64,000 nt of DNA from an uncultured Gemmatimonadales bacterium (GCA_963798845.1 CAWCUS010000001.1:288001-352000); one strand, 5' to 3'; shown: positions 20,089-30,241, counted from the stretch's first letter. The notes: generated from the letters alone by a model not told the origin. Numbers and translations are program-made.

Positions 20089-22107
20089 ATGACGTTTCTC
20101 GCCCCTGCCCTGGGCGCCCTGGCCGCAGCCGTGGCCGTCCCGCTCGTGCTGCACCTCCTGCAGCGCCACCAGGGCCCCCGCATGATCTTCCCCGCGCTCC
20201 GCTACCTGCGCCGCGCCGAGCGCGAGCACGCCACGCGCATCCGCCTGCGCCAGATCCTTCTCCTGGCGCTCCGCGTCCTGGCGATCCTGCTGGTCGCGGC
20301 GGCCGCCGCGCGGCCGTTCCTTCCCCTGGGCGGAAGCGCACACGTGCCCATGGCCGTGGTGATCATCCTCGACAACTCGCTCTCGACGGGTGCCGTCGTG
20401 GGCGACCACCGCGTCATCGACGGACTCCGTGATGCAGCGCTCGAGTCCGTCGCCGCCGCCGGGCCGGACGACCGCATCTGGCTGATCCGGGCGGGCGAGC
20501 CGTGGGCCCCGGCGCTCACGGGCGACGCCGCCGCGCTGGTCCCCGTGATCCGCGCGACCTCGCCGTCCTCCGGGCGCGCGGACCTGCAGTCCGCGGTAGG
20601 GCGGGCCGCGGACCTCCTCGAGAGCGACGGCGGCACGCGCCCCCGGGAGATCCAGCTGGTCAGCGACCTCCAGGAGAGCGCGCTCGAGAGCGGAGCCGCA
20701 ACGAACGCCGCCGGTGCGGTCATGGTCTCGAGCCCCGCAGCGCCGCCGGCGCTCCACGGGGCGCGCCTCCGCGTGCTCCGCCCAACGGTGCCTCCTCCGG
20801 CCAACCGGGGGGTGGGCGGGGTGGAGGTGGGCGGAGGCGCGCCGCCGCGGGCGGGGCAGCGCTCCTCGGTGACCGCGACACTGACGGGATCGGGCACCGG
20901 CGACGCGGTGGGTGTCCGCCTCGTGGTCGACAGCGCGGTGATCGCCGCCGGACGTGCCGCGCCTGGCGAGTCCGCCGTCCTCGCCTTCGGGCCCCGGGAG
21001 GCCGGAACGGTGGCAGGGCGCGTGGAGATCGACGCCGATGCCCTGGTCGCGGACGACCGCCGCTTCTTCGTCGCGGACGTGCGGCCGCCTCCGCGCGTGG
21101 CGATCACGCGCTCCCGGCCATTCGTGAACGACGCCCTGTCGGTGCTCGAGGACGCGGATCGGATACGCCGGTCCGAGCCGGCGTTCGCCGACGTCGTGAT
21201 TGCCCCGGCCGCCACGGGTCTGGATGCGGTCGCGGCCGCCGCGGCCATCATCGTCTCGCCGCCGGCGTCGCCCGTGGAGCGGCCCGCGGCGAACCGCCGG
21301 CTGGCGGACGCCGGGGTGCCGTGGCGCTTCGGAGAGCCGGTCCCGGGCGAGGCTCGGCTGGCATCGGGAGGGACCGGCCTGGACCGGGCGCTGGCCGATG
21401 TGCGGCTGGAGGCGCCCTATCCCCTCGAGCCGGTGGCTCACACGCCGGACACCACCCTGGTCCGCCTCGAGGATGGCGGGCCATGGGCCGTGGCGGGCAC
21501 CGCGGCCACCGGGCGCCGCTTCGTCCTGCTCGGCTCCCCGCTCACGCCCGACGGTGGCACGCTTCCCACCTCTGCCGCCATGGTGCCGCTCCTCGAGACC
21601 GCGCTGGGCGCGTGGGCCGCGGGTCGCCCGGCGAGCGTCGCGTACCAGCCCGGCGACCTCGTGGGCGTTGCCGGCGCCGATTCCGTGCGCGCCCCCGACG
21701 GCCGGGTGGAAGCGGTGGGGGCCTCCACCGTGTACCGCCTCACCGGCGCGGGCATCTACCGGACCACGCATGGCGACACCACCCTCGCCGAGCTCGCGGT
21801 CAATCCTCCTCCCTCCGAGTCCGATCTCGCCCGCGCCACCCGCCAGGACCTGCTCACCGCCTTCGGCGGCGGACAGGCGGTGGACGTCGTTGGACCCCGC
21901 ATGTGGTCCCGCGCCATCTACCACCGTCGTCTCGGTCGAGAGATCACGCTCCCCCTCGTGGCGGCGGCGATCCTCCTTCTCCTGATCGAGACCACCGTCT
22001 CCGCCAGCGGCGGGACCGGCGGAGGGGCCGGCATCCGCCGGGGCACGCGGACCGGGACGGCTTCGACTGTCGCCGCCGCCGGCGGCTCGGAGGAGGCGCC
22101 CGCCTGA
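20089..22107 (+). CDS. BatA N-terminal double-TM plus vWA domain membrane protein
   Basis: MTFLAP...PLVLHLL...FPALRYL...AARP, ILDNSLS, VSDLQ, VNPPPSESDL, C-terminal TM. Confidence 0.88.
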   Translation: MTFLAPALGALAAAVAVPLVLHLLQRHQGPRMIFPALRYLRRAEREHATRIRLRQILLLALRVLAILLVAAAAARPFLPLGGSAHVPMAVVIILDNSLSTGAVVGDHRVIDGLRDAALESVAAAGPDDRIWLIRAGEPWAPALTGDAAALVPVIRATSPSSGRADLQSAVGRAADLLESDGGTRPREIQLVSDLQESALESGAATNAAGAVMVSSPAAPPALHGARLRVLRPTVPPPANRGVGGVEVGGGAPPRAGQRSSVTATLTGSGTGDAVGVRLVVDSAVIAAGRAAPGESAVLAFGPREAGTVAGRVEIDADALVADDRRFFVADVRPPPRVAITRSRPFVNDALSVLEDADRIRRSEPAFADVVIAPAATGLDAVAAAAAIIVSPPASPVERPAANRRLADAGVPWRFGEPVPGEARLASGGTGLDRALADVRLEAPYPLEPVAHTPDTTLVRLEDGGPWAVAGTAATGRRFVLLGSPLTPDGGTLPTSAAMVPLLETALGAWAAGRPASVAYQPGDLVGVAGADSVRAPDGRVEAVGASTVYRLTGAGIYRTTHGDTTLAELAVNPPPSESDLARATRQDLLTAFGGGQAVDVVGPRMWSRAIYHRRLGREITLPLVAAAILLLLIETTVSASGGTGGGAGIRRGTRTGTASTVAAAGGSEEAPA

Positions 22108-25100
22108 TGCACCCGCTCGTGCTCGACGCGGTCCGGCGGCAGTCGGTGTACGCCGCGCTGCGGGCCGGCCTCCCCGGCCCCGGGATGACCCGCTCCGTCG
22201 CAAACCTGCCCGGCTCCCTCCCCGCCGCGCTCGCGGCGACGCTTGCCGGCGACCTGGAGCGGCGAATGTGGGTGGTGGTGGCGAGCGATCCGCCGGAGGC
22301 GGAGGCGGTGGAGTCGGACCTTGCCACACTCCTCCCGGAAGGGAAGAGCGCGCTTTACCCGCAGCGCGAAGCGCTCCCGTTCGAAGCCGAGGAGCACCAC
22401 GTGGAGGTGAGCGGGCAGCGAGTCGAGGCGCTCGAGGCGCTGCTGTCCGGCCGCGTCCGCGTCCTGGTCACGACGGCGAGAGCGGTGCAGGAGCGTGAGC
22501 GCATCCCGGACGCCCTGGCCCAGCTGCGCCTCACCCTGCGCGTCGGCGACGCCGTTCGCCCGGCCGAGCTGGGCGCACGCCTCGAGGAGATGGGGTTCGA
22601 GCGCACGGAGCTGGTGGAGCAGGTGGGCGAGTACGCCGCCCGCGGCGGGATCGTGGACCTGTTCAGCTTCGGCGCCGAGGACCCGGCGCGCCTCGAGTTC
22701 TGGGGAGACGAGATCTCGTCGATCCGCCGGTTCGACATTCTCGACCAGCGTTCCACCGAGAGGCTCGACGCGGTGGACGTCCTCCCCGTCGACCTGAAGC
22801 TCGCGTCCGCCGGCGCCACCACGCGCCGCTCGCTCCTGGACGTCCTTCCCCGCGACGCGATCCTGCTCCAGCTCCACCCGGGCGAGGAGGCGCTGTTCGA
22901 CGGCGCCTGGGACAAGCTGCTCGAGCTGCACGAGGTCGAGCAGCGCCGCGGCCACGACCCCGAAGCGCCCGAAGCGCTGTTGCTCCCGCCCGCCGAAGTC
23001 CGCGGGCGCCTGGCCGACTTCGGACGCATCGCCTGCCTCGACGATGGAGAGCTCCGCTTCGACGCTCGCCGCCCCGAGACCGTGGATCGGGACACCACGC
23101 GCCTGGATGCGCTGCTCCGCGCGGCCGCGGCCCGGGACGAGCGCACCCTTATCCTGTGCGATAACACCGGCCAGATGGAGCGGCTGGAGGAGCTGCTGGG
23201 CGGAGCGGAGCGCCTCCCGTCCGGGACGACCCTCGCTCTCGGCACCTTGGCCGGCGGCTTCGTCCTCGAAGGCGACGACCCGCTTCGCGTCCTCACCGAC
23301 CACGAGATCTTCCGGCGCGCCCGCCGGGTCCGCCGCGGCCGCCGCTTCCGTGGGGGCGGGGCGATCGAGAGCCTCAGCCAGCTTCAGCCTGGCGACTACG
23401 TGGTCCATATGGATCATGGCATCGGCCGCTTCCGCGGCCTGGAGCGCGTCACGGTCGGGGACACCACCATCGAGTCCCTGGCGATTGAATACGCCGGCTC
23501 CGAGGTGCTGCGGCTTCCGGTCTACCGCCTGGACCTGGTGGAGCGCTGGGTGCCGGAACGGGACGAGGCAGAGCCGCCGTCGCTCCACAAGATCGGCGGT
23601 CGGACGTGGAAGAAGCTGAAGCAGCGAACGCAGGCGGCCATCGAACGCATGGCCCTCGAGCTGCTCGAGCTGTACGCCGCCCGCAAGGTGGCCGAGCGCC
23701 CGCCCTACCCGCCGGACACCCGCTGGCAGAAGGAAATGGAGAGCGCGTTCCTTTACGAGGACACGCCCGACCAGCGCGCCACCACGGAGGCGGTGAAGCG
23801 CGACATGGAGGCGACCCGCCCCATGGACCGCCTGGTGGTCGGCGACGTCGGATACGGCAAGACCGAGGTGGCCATCCGCGCGGCCTTCAAGGCCGTCCAG
23901 GACGGACGCCAGGTCGCGGTGCTGGCCCCCACCACCATCCTGGTGGAGCAGCACTTCCACACCTTTCGGGAGCGGCTTGCGGACTACCCCGTTCGCATCG
24001 AGGCGCTCAGCCGCTTCCGCACGGCCAGCGAACAGGTGGCCATCGTCGCCGACCTGGCGGCCGGACAGACGGACGTGGTGGTGGGCACGCACAGACTCCT
24101 CCAGGGAGACGTCGGCTTCGCCAACCTCGGGCTTCTCGTTGTGGACGAGGAGCAGCGCTTCGGCGTCCGGCAGAAGGAGCGCCTCAAGGAGCTGAAGCGG
24201 AACATCGACGTACTGGCGCTCACTGCCACACCGATCCCCCGCACGCTCCACCTGTCGCTGGCCGGGTTGCGTGACCTCTCCCTCATGGAGACGCCGCCGC
24301 GCGACCGGATGCCCATCATCACCCACGTCGTCCCCTGGATCGACGAGGTGGTCCGCGACGCCGTGCTGCGGGAGCTGGATCGGGGTGGCCAGGTTTTCGT
24401 GGTCCACAACCGCATCGAGTCGCTCGCCGCCGTGGCGGAACGCGTCAAGCGCCTCGTGCCCGACGTCGCGGAGGTGGATACCGCCCACGGCCAGATGAGC
24501 GCCCGGGAGCTCGACCGTGTGATGGCGCGCTTCCTGGAGCGGAAGTTCCACGTGCTGGTGACCACGGCGATCATCGAGAACGGGCTGGATATCCCGACGG
24601 CGAACACGCTGATCGTGGACCGCGCGGACATGTTCGGGCTGAGCCAGCTGTACCAGCTCCGCGGGCGCGTCGGACGGTCACACCACCGGGCGTTCTGCTA
24701 TCTCGTGGCGCCCGAGGGGATCACGCTCGATGCCGAGCGACGGCTCCGCATCCTCGAGCACCATACCGAGCTCGGCAGCGGCTACGCCATCGCCCTCAAG
24801 GACCTGGAGATGCGCGGCGCTGGGAACATCCTCGGCTCCGATCAATCGGGCCACATCCACGCCGTCGGCGTGGACACCTACACGCGCATGCTGGAGAAGA
24901 CTGTCGCGCGCCTGAAGGGGGCGGAGGAACGCGAGAGCTACCCCGCACCCGACGTCAGCATGGAGGGGCCGGCCTATCTCCCCGATGGCTACGTAGGCAG
25001 CTCCGCCGAGAAGCTCCACCTCTATCGCCGTCTATCGCGCGCACAGAAGGTCCAGGACGTGGTCGCGCTGGCCGCCGAGGTCACGGATCGCTTCGGGGCT

Positions 25101-25379
25101 CCGCCGCCCGAAGTGCGCCGCCTCCTCGACTCCGCTCGACTCCGCCTCCTCGGACAGTCGCTGGGCGTCGACCGCATCAACCTGAGAGACGACCAGGCCC
25201 GCCTCTCCTTCCGGCCCGATGTCGTTCCGCGGCTGACGGCGCTCCAGTCGGCCATGCACGGCAGCCAGATCGAGGTGGAGGTCCGGAGAACCGACCCCCT
25301 CAGCCTCGTGCTCCACCGCCTCGGAACTGCCCCTCTCGCCCACGCCGTCGCGGAAGCCCTGACCCTGCTCGCCGCCTGA
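22107..25379 (+). CDS. mfd: Transcription-repair coupling factor
   Basis: RGGIVDLF, YVVHMDHGIGRF, MDRLVVGDVGYGKTEVA, DEEQRFGV, TATPIPRTL, QLRGRVGRS; TGATG overlap. Confidence 0.98.
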   Translation: MHPLVLDAVRRQSVYAALRAGLPGPGMTRSVANLPGSLPAALAATLAGDLERRMWVVVASDPPEAEAVESDLATLLPEGKSALYPQREALPFEAEEHHVEVSGQRVEALEALLSGRVRVLVTTARAVQERERIPDALAQLRLTLRVGDAVRPAELGARLEEMGFERTELVEQVGEYAARGGIVDLFSFGAEDPARLEFWGDEISSIRRFDILDQRSTERLDAVDVLPVDLKLASAGATTRRSLLDVLPRDAILLQLHPGEEALFDGAWDKLLELHEVEQRRGHDPEAPEALLLPPAEVRGRLADFGRIACLDDGELRFDARRPETVDRDTTRLDALLRAAAARDERTLILCDNTGQMERLEELLGGAERLPSGTTLALGTLAGGFVLEGDDPLRVLTDHEIFRRARRVRRGRRFRGGGAIESLSQLQPGDYVVHMDHGIGRFRGLERVTVGDTTIESLAIEYAGSEVLRLPVYRLDLVERWVPERDEAEPPSLHKIGGRTWKKLKQRTQAAIERMALELLELYAARKVAERPPYPPDTRWQKEMESAFLYEDTPDQRATTEAVKRDMEATRPMDRLVVGDVGYGKTEVAIRAAFKAVQDGRQVAVLAPTTILVEQHFHTFRERLADYPVRIEALSRFRTASEQVAIVADLAAGQTDVVVGTHRLLQGDVGFANLGLLVVDEEQRFGVRQKERLKELKRNIDVLALTATPIPRTLHLSLAGLRDLSLMETPPRDRMPIITHVVPWIDEVVRDAVLRELDRGGQVFVVHNRIESLAAVAERVKRLVPDVAEVDTAHGQMSARELDRVMARFLERKFHVLVTTAIIENGLDIPTANTLIVDRADMFGLSQLYQLRGRVGRSHHRAFCYLVAPEGITLDAERRLRILEHHTELGSGYAIALKDLEMRGAGNILGSDQSGHIHAVGVDTYTRMLEKTVARLKGAEERESYPAPDVSMEGPAYLPDGYVGSSAEKLHLYRRLSRAQKVQDVVALAAEVTDRFGAPPPEVRRLLDSARLRLLGQSLGVDRINLRDDQARLSFRPDVVPRLTALQSAMHGSQIEVEVRRTDPLSLVLHRLGTAPLAHAVAEALTLLAA

Positions 25380-25456
25380 GCCGGCCCGACCCGCCCACAC
25401 GAGCCCCGCGCGCACGCGCACCGGCGGCTGCCCGCCACGAGGCCGGCGACGGCAGG

Positions 25457-25485
25457 TTGAACCCGCGCACCCGGTCCGGTATCTT
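25457..25485 (+). promoter_or_regulatory. Putative sigma70 promoter for the PPIase operon
   Basis: TTGAAC-N17-TATCTT, then GAGGAG RBS. Confidence 0.55.
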
Positions 25486-25516
25486 CCCGCGGCTCTATCC
25501 CATCTGAGGAGACACG

Positions 25517-26998
25517 ATGAAGCGATATCTGGCGCTGGCCCTGGTGGCGGTGACGGCCGCCGGCTGCGAGGGCTTTCAGGACGCCATGACGGCGCACACG
25601 GACGTGGTCGCGCGGGCTGGCGGCCACGAGCTGAGCGTGAACGACGTGGTGGACCTGCTGGCGGGGCAGCCACGAATCCCCGCCACCACCGAGGTGGTCT
25701 CGTCGCTGACGGACCTGTGGGTGGACTACACGCTGCTGGCGGAGGCGCTGGCCCACGACAGCACCCTGTCGCAGCTCGACCTGCAGCCCATGCTCCAGCA
25801 GTACGTCGAGCAGCGCACGTTCATGCAGCTGCGGGACTCGCTCACTTCGGCCGACACCGTCTTCACGGACGCCGAGCTCCGGAAGCTCTTCGACGAACAG
25901 GCGCCCGGGCTGCGCGTCCACGCGCGCCACATCCTCCTGACCTTTCCCGACAGCGCCACGCAGGCGCAACGCGACAGCGTGTGGACGCTGGCGCGGCAGA
26001 TCCGCGAGCGCGCCGTCGCGGGCGAGGATTTCGCGACGCTGGCCCGCGAGTACAGCCAGGATCCCGGCAGCGCCCAGCAGGGCGGCGATCTCGGCTGGTT
26101 CGAGTCGGGGAGCATGGTGAAGCCCTTCGAGGAGGCGGCGTTCAAGCTCCAGCCGGGGGAGATCAGCCCCGTTACGGAGACGCTCTTCGGCCTCCACATC
26201 ATCAAGGTGGAGGAGCGCCAGACGCCGTCGTTCGAGGACCAGGCGCCGCAGTTCCGCCGCCAGATGGTCACGCAGCGCCAGCAGCAGGCGCTGAAGACCT
26301 ACGTGGACTCTCTCACCGGGCCCGTCGGCCTGGAAGTGCAGAAGGGAGCCTACGACGTGGCGCGCGACCTGGCTTCGAACCCGTCGCAGGAGCTGAGCGG
26401 CCGCGCGGTTTCCCGGTCCCTCGTGAAATGGAAGGGCGGTGCTCTGACGGCAGGGGAGTTCCAACGCTTCATGCGACGGCTCCCGCCCCAGCAGCGCGCG
26501 CAGTTCTCGAACGCCGAGGACCAGCAGCTGGAATCGGTGCTCAACGACATCGCAACCAACGAGCTGGTGCTCGCCGACGCGGAGAAGCGGGGGATCACCG
26601 TCCCGCAGGAGGAGCGCGACTCCCTGGCCACGGTGATGCGCCTGCAGATCGCTGGTGTGGCGCGCCAGGCAGGACTCGCCGGCCCCTCCGCCGAGGGCGA
26701 GACGGGCTCCCAGGCGGTGGAGCGCCGCGTGCGCTCGCTGCTTCAGGGCATCGTCGCCGGCGAGCAGAACGTGCTTCCGCTCGGACCGCTCTCCTACGTG
26801 CTCCGCCAGAAGGCGGAGTGGCGCGTGTACGAGCGCGCCTTCCCGAACGTGGTGGAGAAGCTGGAGGCCCGCCGTGACCAGGCGGCCGGTCAGAATGCCC
26901 AGCCGTCCCCGCCCTCGGCGGACACCGGCGCGGCGGCGCAGCAGTCCGATACGGCGGCGGCGCCGGCCGGCCCGCCTCCCGCCGACAGCGGCCAGTGA
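25517..26998 (+). CDS. Parvulin-type peptidyl-prolyl isomerase, lipoprotein
   Basis: Lipobox AAGC; ARHILL, FATLAREYSQD, GGDLGWF, MVKPFEEAAF, FGLHII. Confidence 0.92.
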   Translation: MKRYLALALVAVTAAGCEGFQDAMTAHTDVVARAGGHELSVNDVVDLLAGQPRIPATTEVVSSLTDLWVDYTLLAEALAHDSTLSQLDLQPMLQQYVEQRTFMQLRDSLTSADTVFTDAELRKLFDEQAPGLRVHARHILLTFPDSATQAQRDSVWTLARQIRERAVAGEDFATLAREYSQDPGSAQQGGDLGWFESGSMVKPFEEAAFKLQPGEISPVTETLFGLHIIKVEERQTPSFEDQAPQFRRQMVTQRQQQALKTYVDSLTGPVGLEVQKGAYDVARDLASNPSQELSGRAVSRSLVKWKGGALTAGEFQRFMRRLPPQQRAQFSNAEDQQLESVLNDIATNELVLADAEKRGITVPQEERDSLATVMRLQIAGVARQAGLAGPSAEGETGSQAVERRVRSLLQGIVAGEQNVLPLGPLSYVLRQKAEWRVYERAFPNVVEKLEARRDQAAGQNAQPSPPSADTGAAAQQSDTAAAPAGPPPADSGQ

Positions 26999-27079
26999 GG
27001 AACTCGCGCTCGTCGCGGGTATATTAGGACGCGGGCCGGCCGGGGTGGCCGGCCCGTGCCGTTCCAAGGGTGTGAGAGC

Positions 27080-28612
27080 ATGAAGCGAAGCGTACTGGCG
27101 GTTCTGGCGTTCCTCCTCTTCGGCGTGGCGCCTGCCGTTGCGCAGGAGCCGGATTCGACGCCGGCGACCCGGCCGGATTCGGTTCCGGCGACCCGGCCGG
27201 ATTCGGTTCCGGCGACCCGGCCGGATTCGGTTCCGGTGACCCGGCCGGATTCGGTTCCGGTGATCCTGCCCGATTCGGTTCCTGTGACACCGGCGGATTC
27301 GATTCCGGTGACCCGGCCGGATTCCATTCCGGTGACCCGGCCGGATACGGTTCCGGCGACGCGGCCCGATACGACTTCGGCGACGCCGCCCGATCTCGTG
27401 GACCGGATCGTGGCCGTGGTGGGGGACAGTGTGGTCCTCGCCTCGGACGTCCAGGAGCAGCTCGAGCGCCGCCGGGCCATGGGCGAGAATGTCCCATCCG
27501 AGGGGCCGGCGCTGGAGCAGGCCAGGCAGGACGAGCTGGAGTCGCTCATCAACGAGCTGGTCATGCTGCAGGCGGCCGCCCGAGACTCGATCACGGTCAC
27601 CGACGCGGACGTGCAGGCGCAGGTGGACGCGGCGGTGGCCGAGCAGCAGCGACGCTTCGGCGGCGAGGCCGGGTTCCGGCAGGCGCTGCAGCGGGAGGGG
27701 ATGACGCTGGACCAGTACCGCAGCATGATCGAGGAGAACGTGCGGCGGAGCGGCATCCGGCAGCACTACATGGCCGTGCTCCAGCGGGACCACACGCCGC
27801 CGCCCGTTTCCGAAGCGGAAGTAAAGAAGTTTTTCGAGGAGCGACAGGGGGCGCTGGGCGCCCGACCCGCGACCGTCGAGTTCAAGCAGGTCGTCATCTC
27901 CCCCGAGCCTTCCGACTCGGCCAGGCAGACCGCGCTGGACCAGGCCAACGAGGTGCGCCAGCAGCTGCTCGAAGGCGAGGATTTCGCCCAGCTCGCCCGC
28001 CGCTATTCCGATGACCCGGGGACGAAGGAGAAGGGCGGTGAGCTCGGCTGGTTCCGGCGCGGCCAGTTCGTTCCCGCGTTCGAGCGCGTCGCGTTCGCCC
28101 TGCGACCGGGCCAGATCAGTCCGGTGGTGGAGACCCCGTTCGGCTTCCACATCATCCGTGTGGACAAGGTCAAGGGACCGGAGCGGCAGGCGCGCCACAT
28201 CCTCATCACACCCGAGATCACCGCGGCGGACGAGGCCCGAACCGAAGCGCGCGCGGAGGAAGTTGCGCGCTCGCTCCGCGCCGGCGCGTCCATCGACAGC
28301 ATGATCACGGCCGTGCACGACGGTTCCGAGGAGAGCCACGTCGGCCCCGCGCTCCAGGACTCGCTGCCGCCGCCGTACAACGCCGAGCTCCGCAACGCCT
28401 CCACCGGCGACATCGTCGGTCCGTTCCGGATTCCGGGCCCCCACGAGTCGTACGCCGTGGTCAGGGTCGTGGACGTGAACGCGGCCGGCGCGTACACTCT
28501 GGATGACCCCCAGGTGCGCGAGCAGATCCGGACCTTCATCCAGCAGGACAAGCTGATGAAGGAGGTGCTCGCTGATCTGCGGCGCAGGACGTACATAGAC
28601 ATTCGCAACTGA
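27080..28612 (+). CDS. surA: SurA-like periplasmic chaperone/PPIase with N-terminal octapeptide repeats
   Basis: Signal peptide; LVDRIVAVVGD SurA N-domain; FAQLARRYSDD, GGELGW, FGFHII; directly upstream of pdxA. Confidence 0.85.
   Translation: MKRSVLAVLAFLLFGVAPAVAQEPDSTPATRPDSVPATRPDSVPATRPDSVPVTRPDSVPVILPDSVPVTPADSIPVTRPDSIPVTRPDTVPATRPDTTSATPPDLVDRIVAVVGDSVVLASDVQEQLERRRAMGENVPSEGPALEQARQDELESLINELVMLQAAARDSITVTDADVQAQVDAAVAEQQRRFGGEAGFRQALQREGMTLDQYRSMIEENVRRSGIRQHYMAVLQRDHTPPPVSEAEVKKFFEERQGALGARPATVEFKQVVISPEPSDSARQTALDQANEVRQQLLEGEDFAQLARRYSDDPGTKEKGGELGWFRRGQFVPAFERVAFALRPGQISPVVETPFGFHIIRVDKVKGPERQARHILITPEITAADEARTEARAEEVARSLRAGASIDSMITAVHDGSEESHVGPALQDSLPPPYNAELRNASTGDIVGPFRIPGPHESYAVVRVVDVNAAGAYTLDDPQVREQIRTFIQQDKLMKEVLADLRRRTYIDIRN
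27149..27394 (+). repeat. Coding tandem repeat, ten 24-nt units (PDSVPATR-like)
   Basis: CCGGATTCGGTTCCGGCGACCCGG and variants, no spacers. Confidence 0.95.
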
Positions 28613-28631
28613 ACCGCTCCCATATCGCGTG

Positions 28632-29564
28632 ATGAGCCGCGCGCTTCGCCTCGCCGTGACGCTGGGGGACCCTCGGGGCATCGGCCCCGAGGTCGCCCAC
28701 GCCGCCCTTGCCGCCCCCCATACCGCCGACCTCGTGACGGTCGGTCCCACGGGCGCCGGCGTCGCCCCCGACGTCGCCATCGGGCGCTGGGACCCCGACC
28801 TGGGCGGGCCCTCCGACGCGGGACGCCTCGCTGGGGCGGCCATCGAGCGCGCAACGGAGATGGCGCTGGCCGGCGAGGTGGCCGGAATCGTCACGGCGCC
28901 GATCGACAAGGCGGCGCTCGCCGCGGCCGGGTATCGCTTCCCCGGCCACACCGAGATGCTGCAGTCGCTCACCGGCGCGCCGGAAGTTGTCATGCTCATG
29001 ACCGCGGAGCGCACGCGACTGGGCGGACCCCTTCGCGTGGTCCTCGCCACAACGCACATCGCCCTGGCGGACGTTCCGGCGGCCGTGACCCGGCAGCGAC
29101 TGGTGTCGCAGGCCGCCCTCACTGCGGATGGACTCGCCCGCTGGTGGGGGCTGAACCCTCCCCGTCTGGCGCTGTGCGCGCTCAACCCGCACGCGTCCGA
29201 CGGCGGTCTGTTCGGTGACGAGGAGGCGACTGTGCTGGAGCCGGCGGTGGCGGAGCTCCGCAGCCGAGGCATCGACGCCATCGGCCCGCTTCCGGCCGAC
29301 ACGGTGTTCGTGCGCGCGCTGCGCGGCGATTTCGACGCCGTGATCGCGCCGTACCACGACGTCGGAATGGCGGCGTTCAAGACCGCCAGCTTCGGCGGCG
29401 GGGTGAACGTGACGCTCGGACTCCCCTTCGTTCGCACGTCGCCCGACCACGGCACGGCGCTGGACATCGCGGGCCGCGGCCTGGCCGACGCGTCATCCAT
29501 GCTGGAGGCGGTTCGGCTCGCCGAGCGCCTCGCGGAGAAGCGGGTGGAGGCCGGGGCGCGATGA
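28632..29564 (+). CDS. pdxA: 4-hydroxythreonine-4-phosphate dehydrogenase
   Basis: GDPRGIGPEV, TAPIDK, GHTE, LNPHA, PADT, VNVTLGLPFVRTSPDHGTA. Confidence 0.96.
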   Translation: MSRALRLAVTLGDPRGIGPEVAHAALAAPHTADLVTVGPTGAGVAPDVAIGRWDPDLGGPSDAGRLAGAAIERATEMALAGEVAGIVTAPIDKAALAAAGYRFPGHTEMLQSLTGAPEVVMLMTAERTRLGGPLRVVLATTHIALADVPAAVTRQRLVSQAALTADGLARWWGLNPPRLALCALNPHASDGGLFGDEEATVLEPAVAELRSRGIDAIGPLPADTVFVRALRGDFDAVIAPYHDVGMAAFKTASFGGGVNVTLGLPFVRTSPDHGTALDIAGRGLADASSMLEAVRLAERLAEKRVEAGAR

Positions 29565-30241
29565 TCCGCTTCGAGAATGTGACCCGCGAGTTTCCGCGCG
29601 CAGGCAAGGCCCTGGACGGAGTCACGTTCCGGATCCGGAAGGGCGAGTTCGTGTTTCTCACGGGACACAGCGGTGCCGGCAAGACCACCGTGCTGCGTCT
29701 GATCCATGGCGCGGATCGCCCGACCCGCGGCGAAGTGCGCGTGAGCGGCAATGACGTGGGGCAGCTCGGGCCCAGAGACGTGGCCATGATGCGTCGCAAG
29801 ATCGGCTACGTGTTCCAGGACTTCCGCCTCCTCCAGAACCGCACGGCTGCGGAAAACGTGGCCTTCGCCCTGGAAGTCACCGGTGTCCGCCCGGCGGTGG
29901 TGCGGACGAAGGTCGGTCGGCTCCTGGCGCAGGTCGGGCTGGCCGCACGGGCAAGGGCGCTCCCGTCCGAGCTCTCGGGCGGCGAGCAGCAGCGGGTCGC
30001 GGTGGCAAGGGCGCTGGCGAACGACCCCGTCGTCCTGCTCGCCGATGAGCCCACCGGAAACCTGGACGAGCGGGCGACGCGCGGGGTCTACGACCTCTTC
30101 CGTTCCATCAACGCCTCGGGCACGGCCGTTCTCCTGGCCACCCACGACGGAGACCTGATCCGACACGGCGGCGGAACCCGGGTCATGGAGCTGGATCACG
30201 GCGCTCTCGTCTACGACTCCGACGGACACGGCGCCGACTGA
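29561..30241 (+). CDS. ftsE: Cell division ATP-binding protein FtsE
   Basis: GHSGAGKT, VFQDFRLL, LSGGEQQRV, LADEPTGNLD. Confidence 0.95.
   Translation: MIRFENVTREFPRAGKALDGVTFRIRKGEFVFLTGHSGAGKTTVLRLIHGADRPTRGEVRVSGNDVGQLGPRDVAMMRRKIGYVFQDFRLLQNRTAAENVAFALEVTGVRPAVVRTKVGRLLAQVGLAARARALPSELSGGEQQRVAVARALANDPVVLLADEPTGNLDERATRGVYDLFRSINASGTAVLLATHDGDLIRHGGGTRVMELDHGALVYDSDGHGAD

Noticed and set aside
27149..27394. 24-nt repeats as a CRISPR array
   Set aside because: Contiguous units without spacers, in frame within surA, no cas genes
25022..30229. 1735-aa minus-strand ORF and other long overlapping ORFs (e.g. 58803..62147, 1211..3379, 13995..16019)
   Set aside because: Antisense or shifted-frame shadows of well-supported genes, expected in very GC-rich DNA; no family motifs
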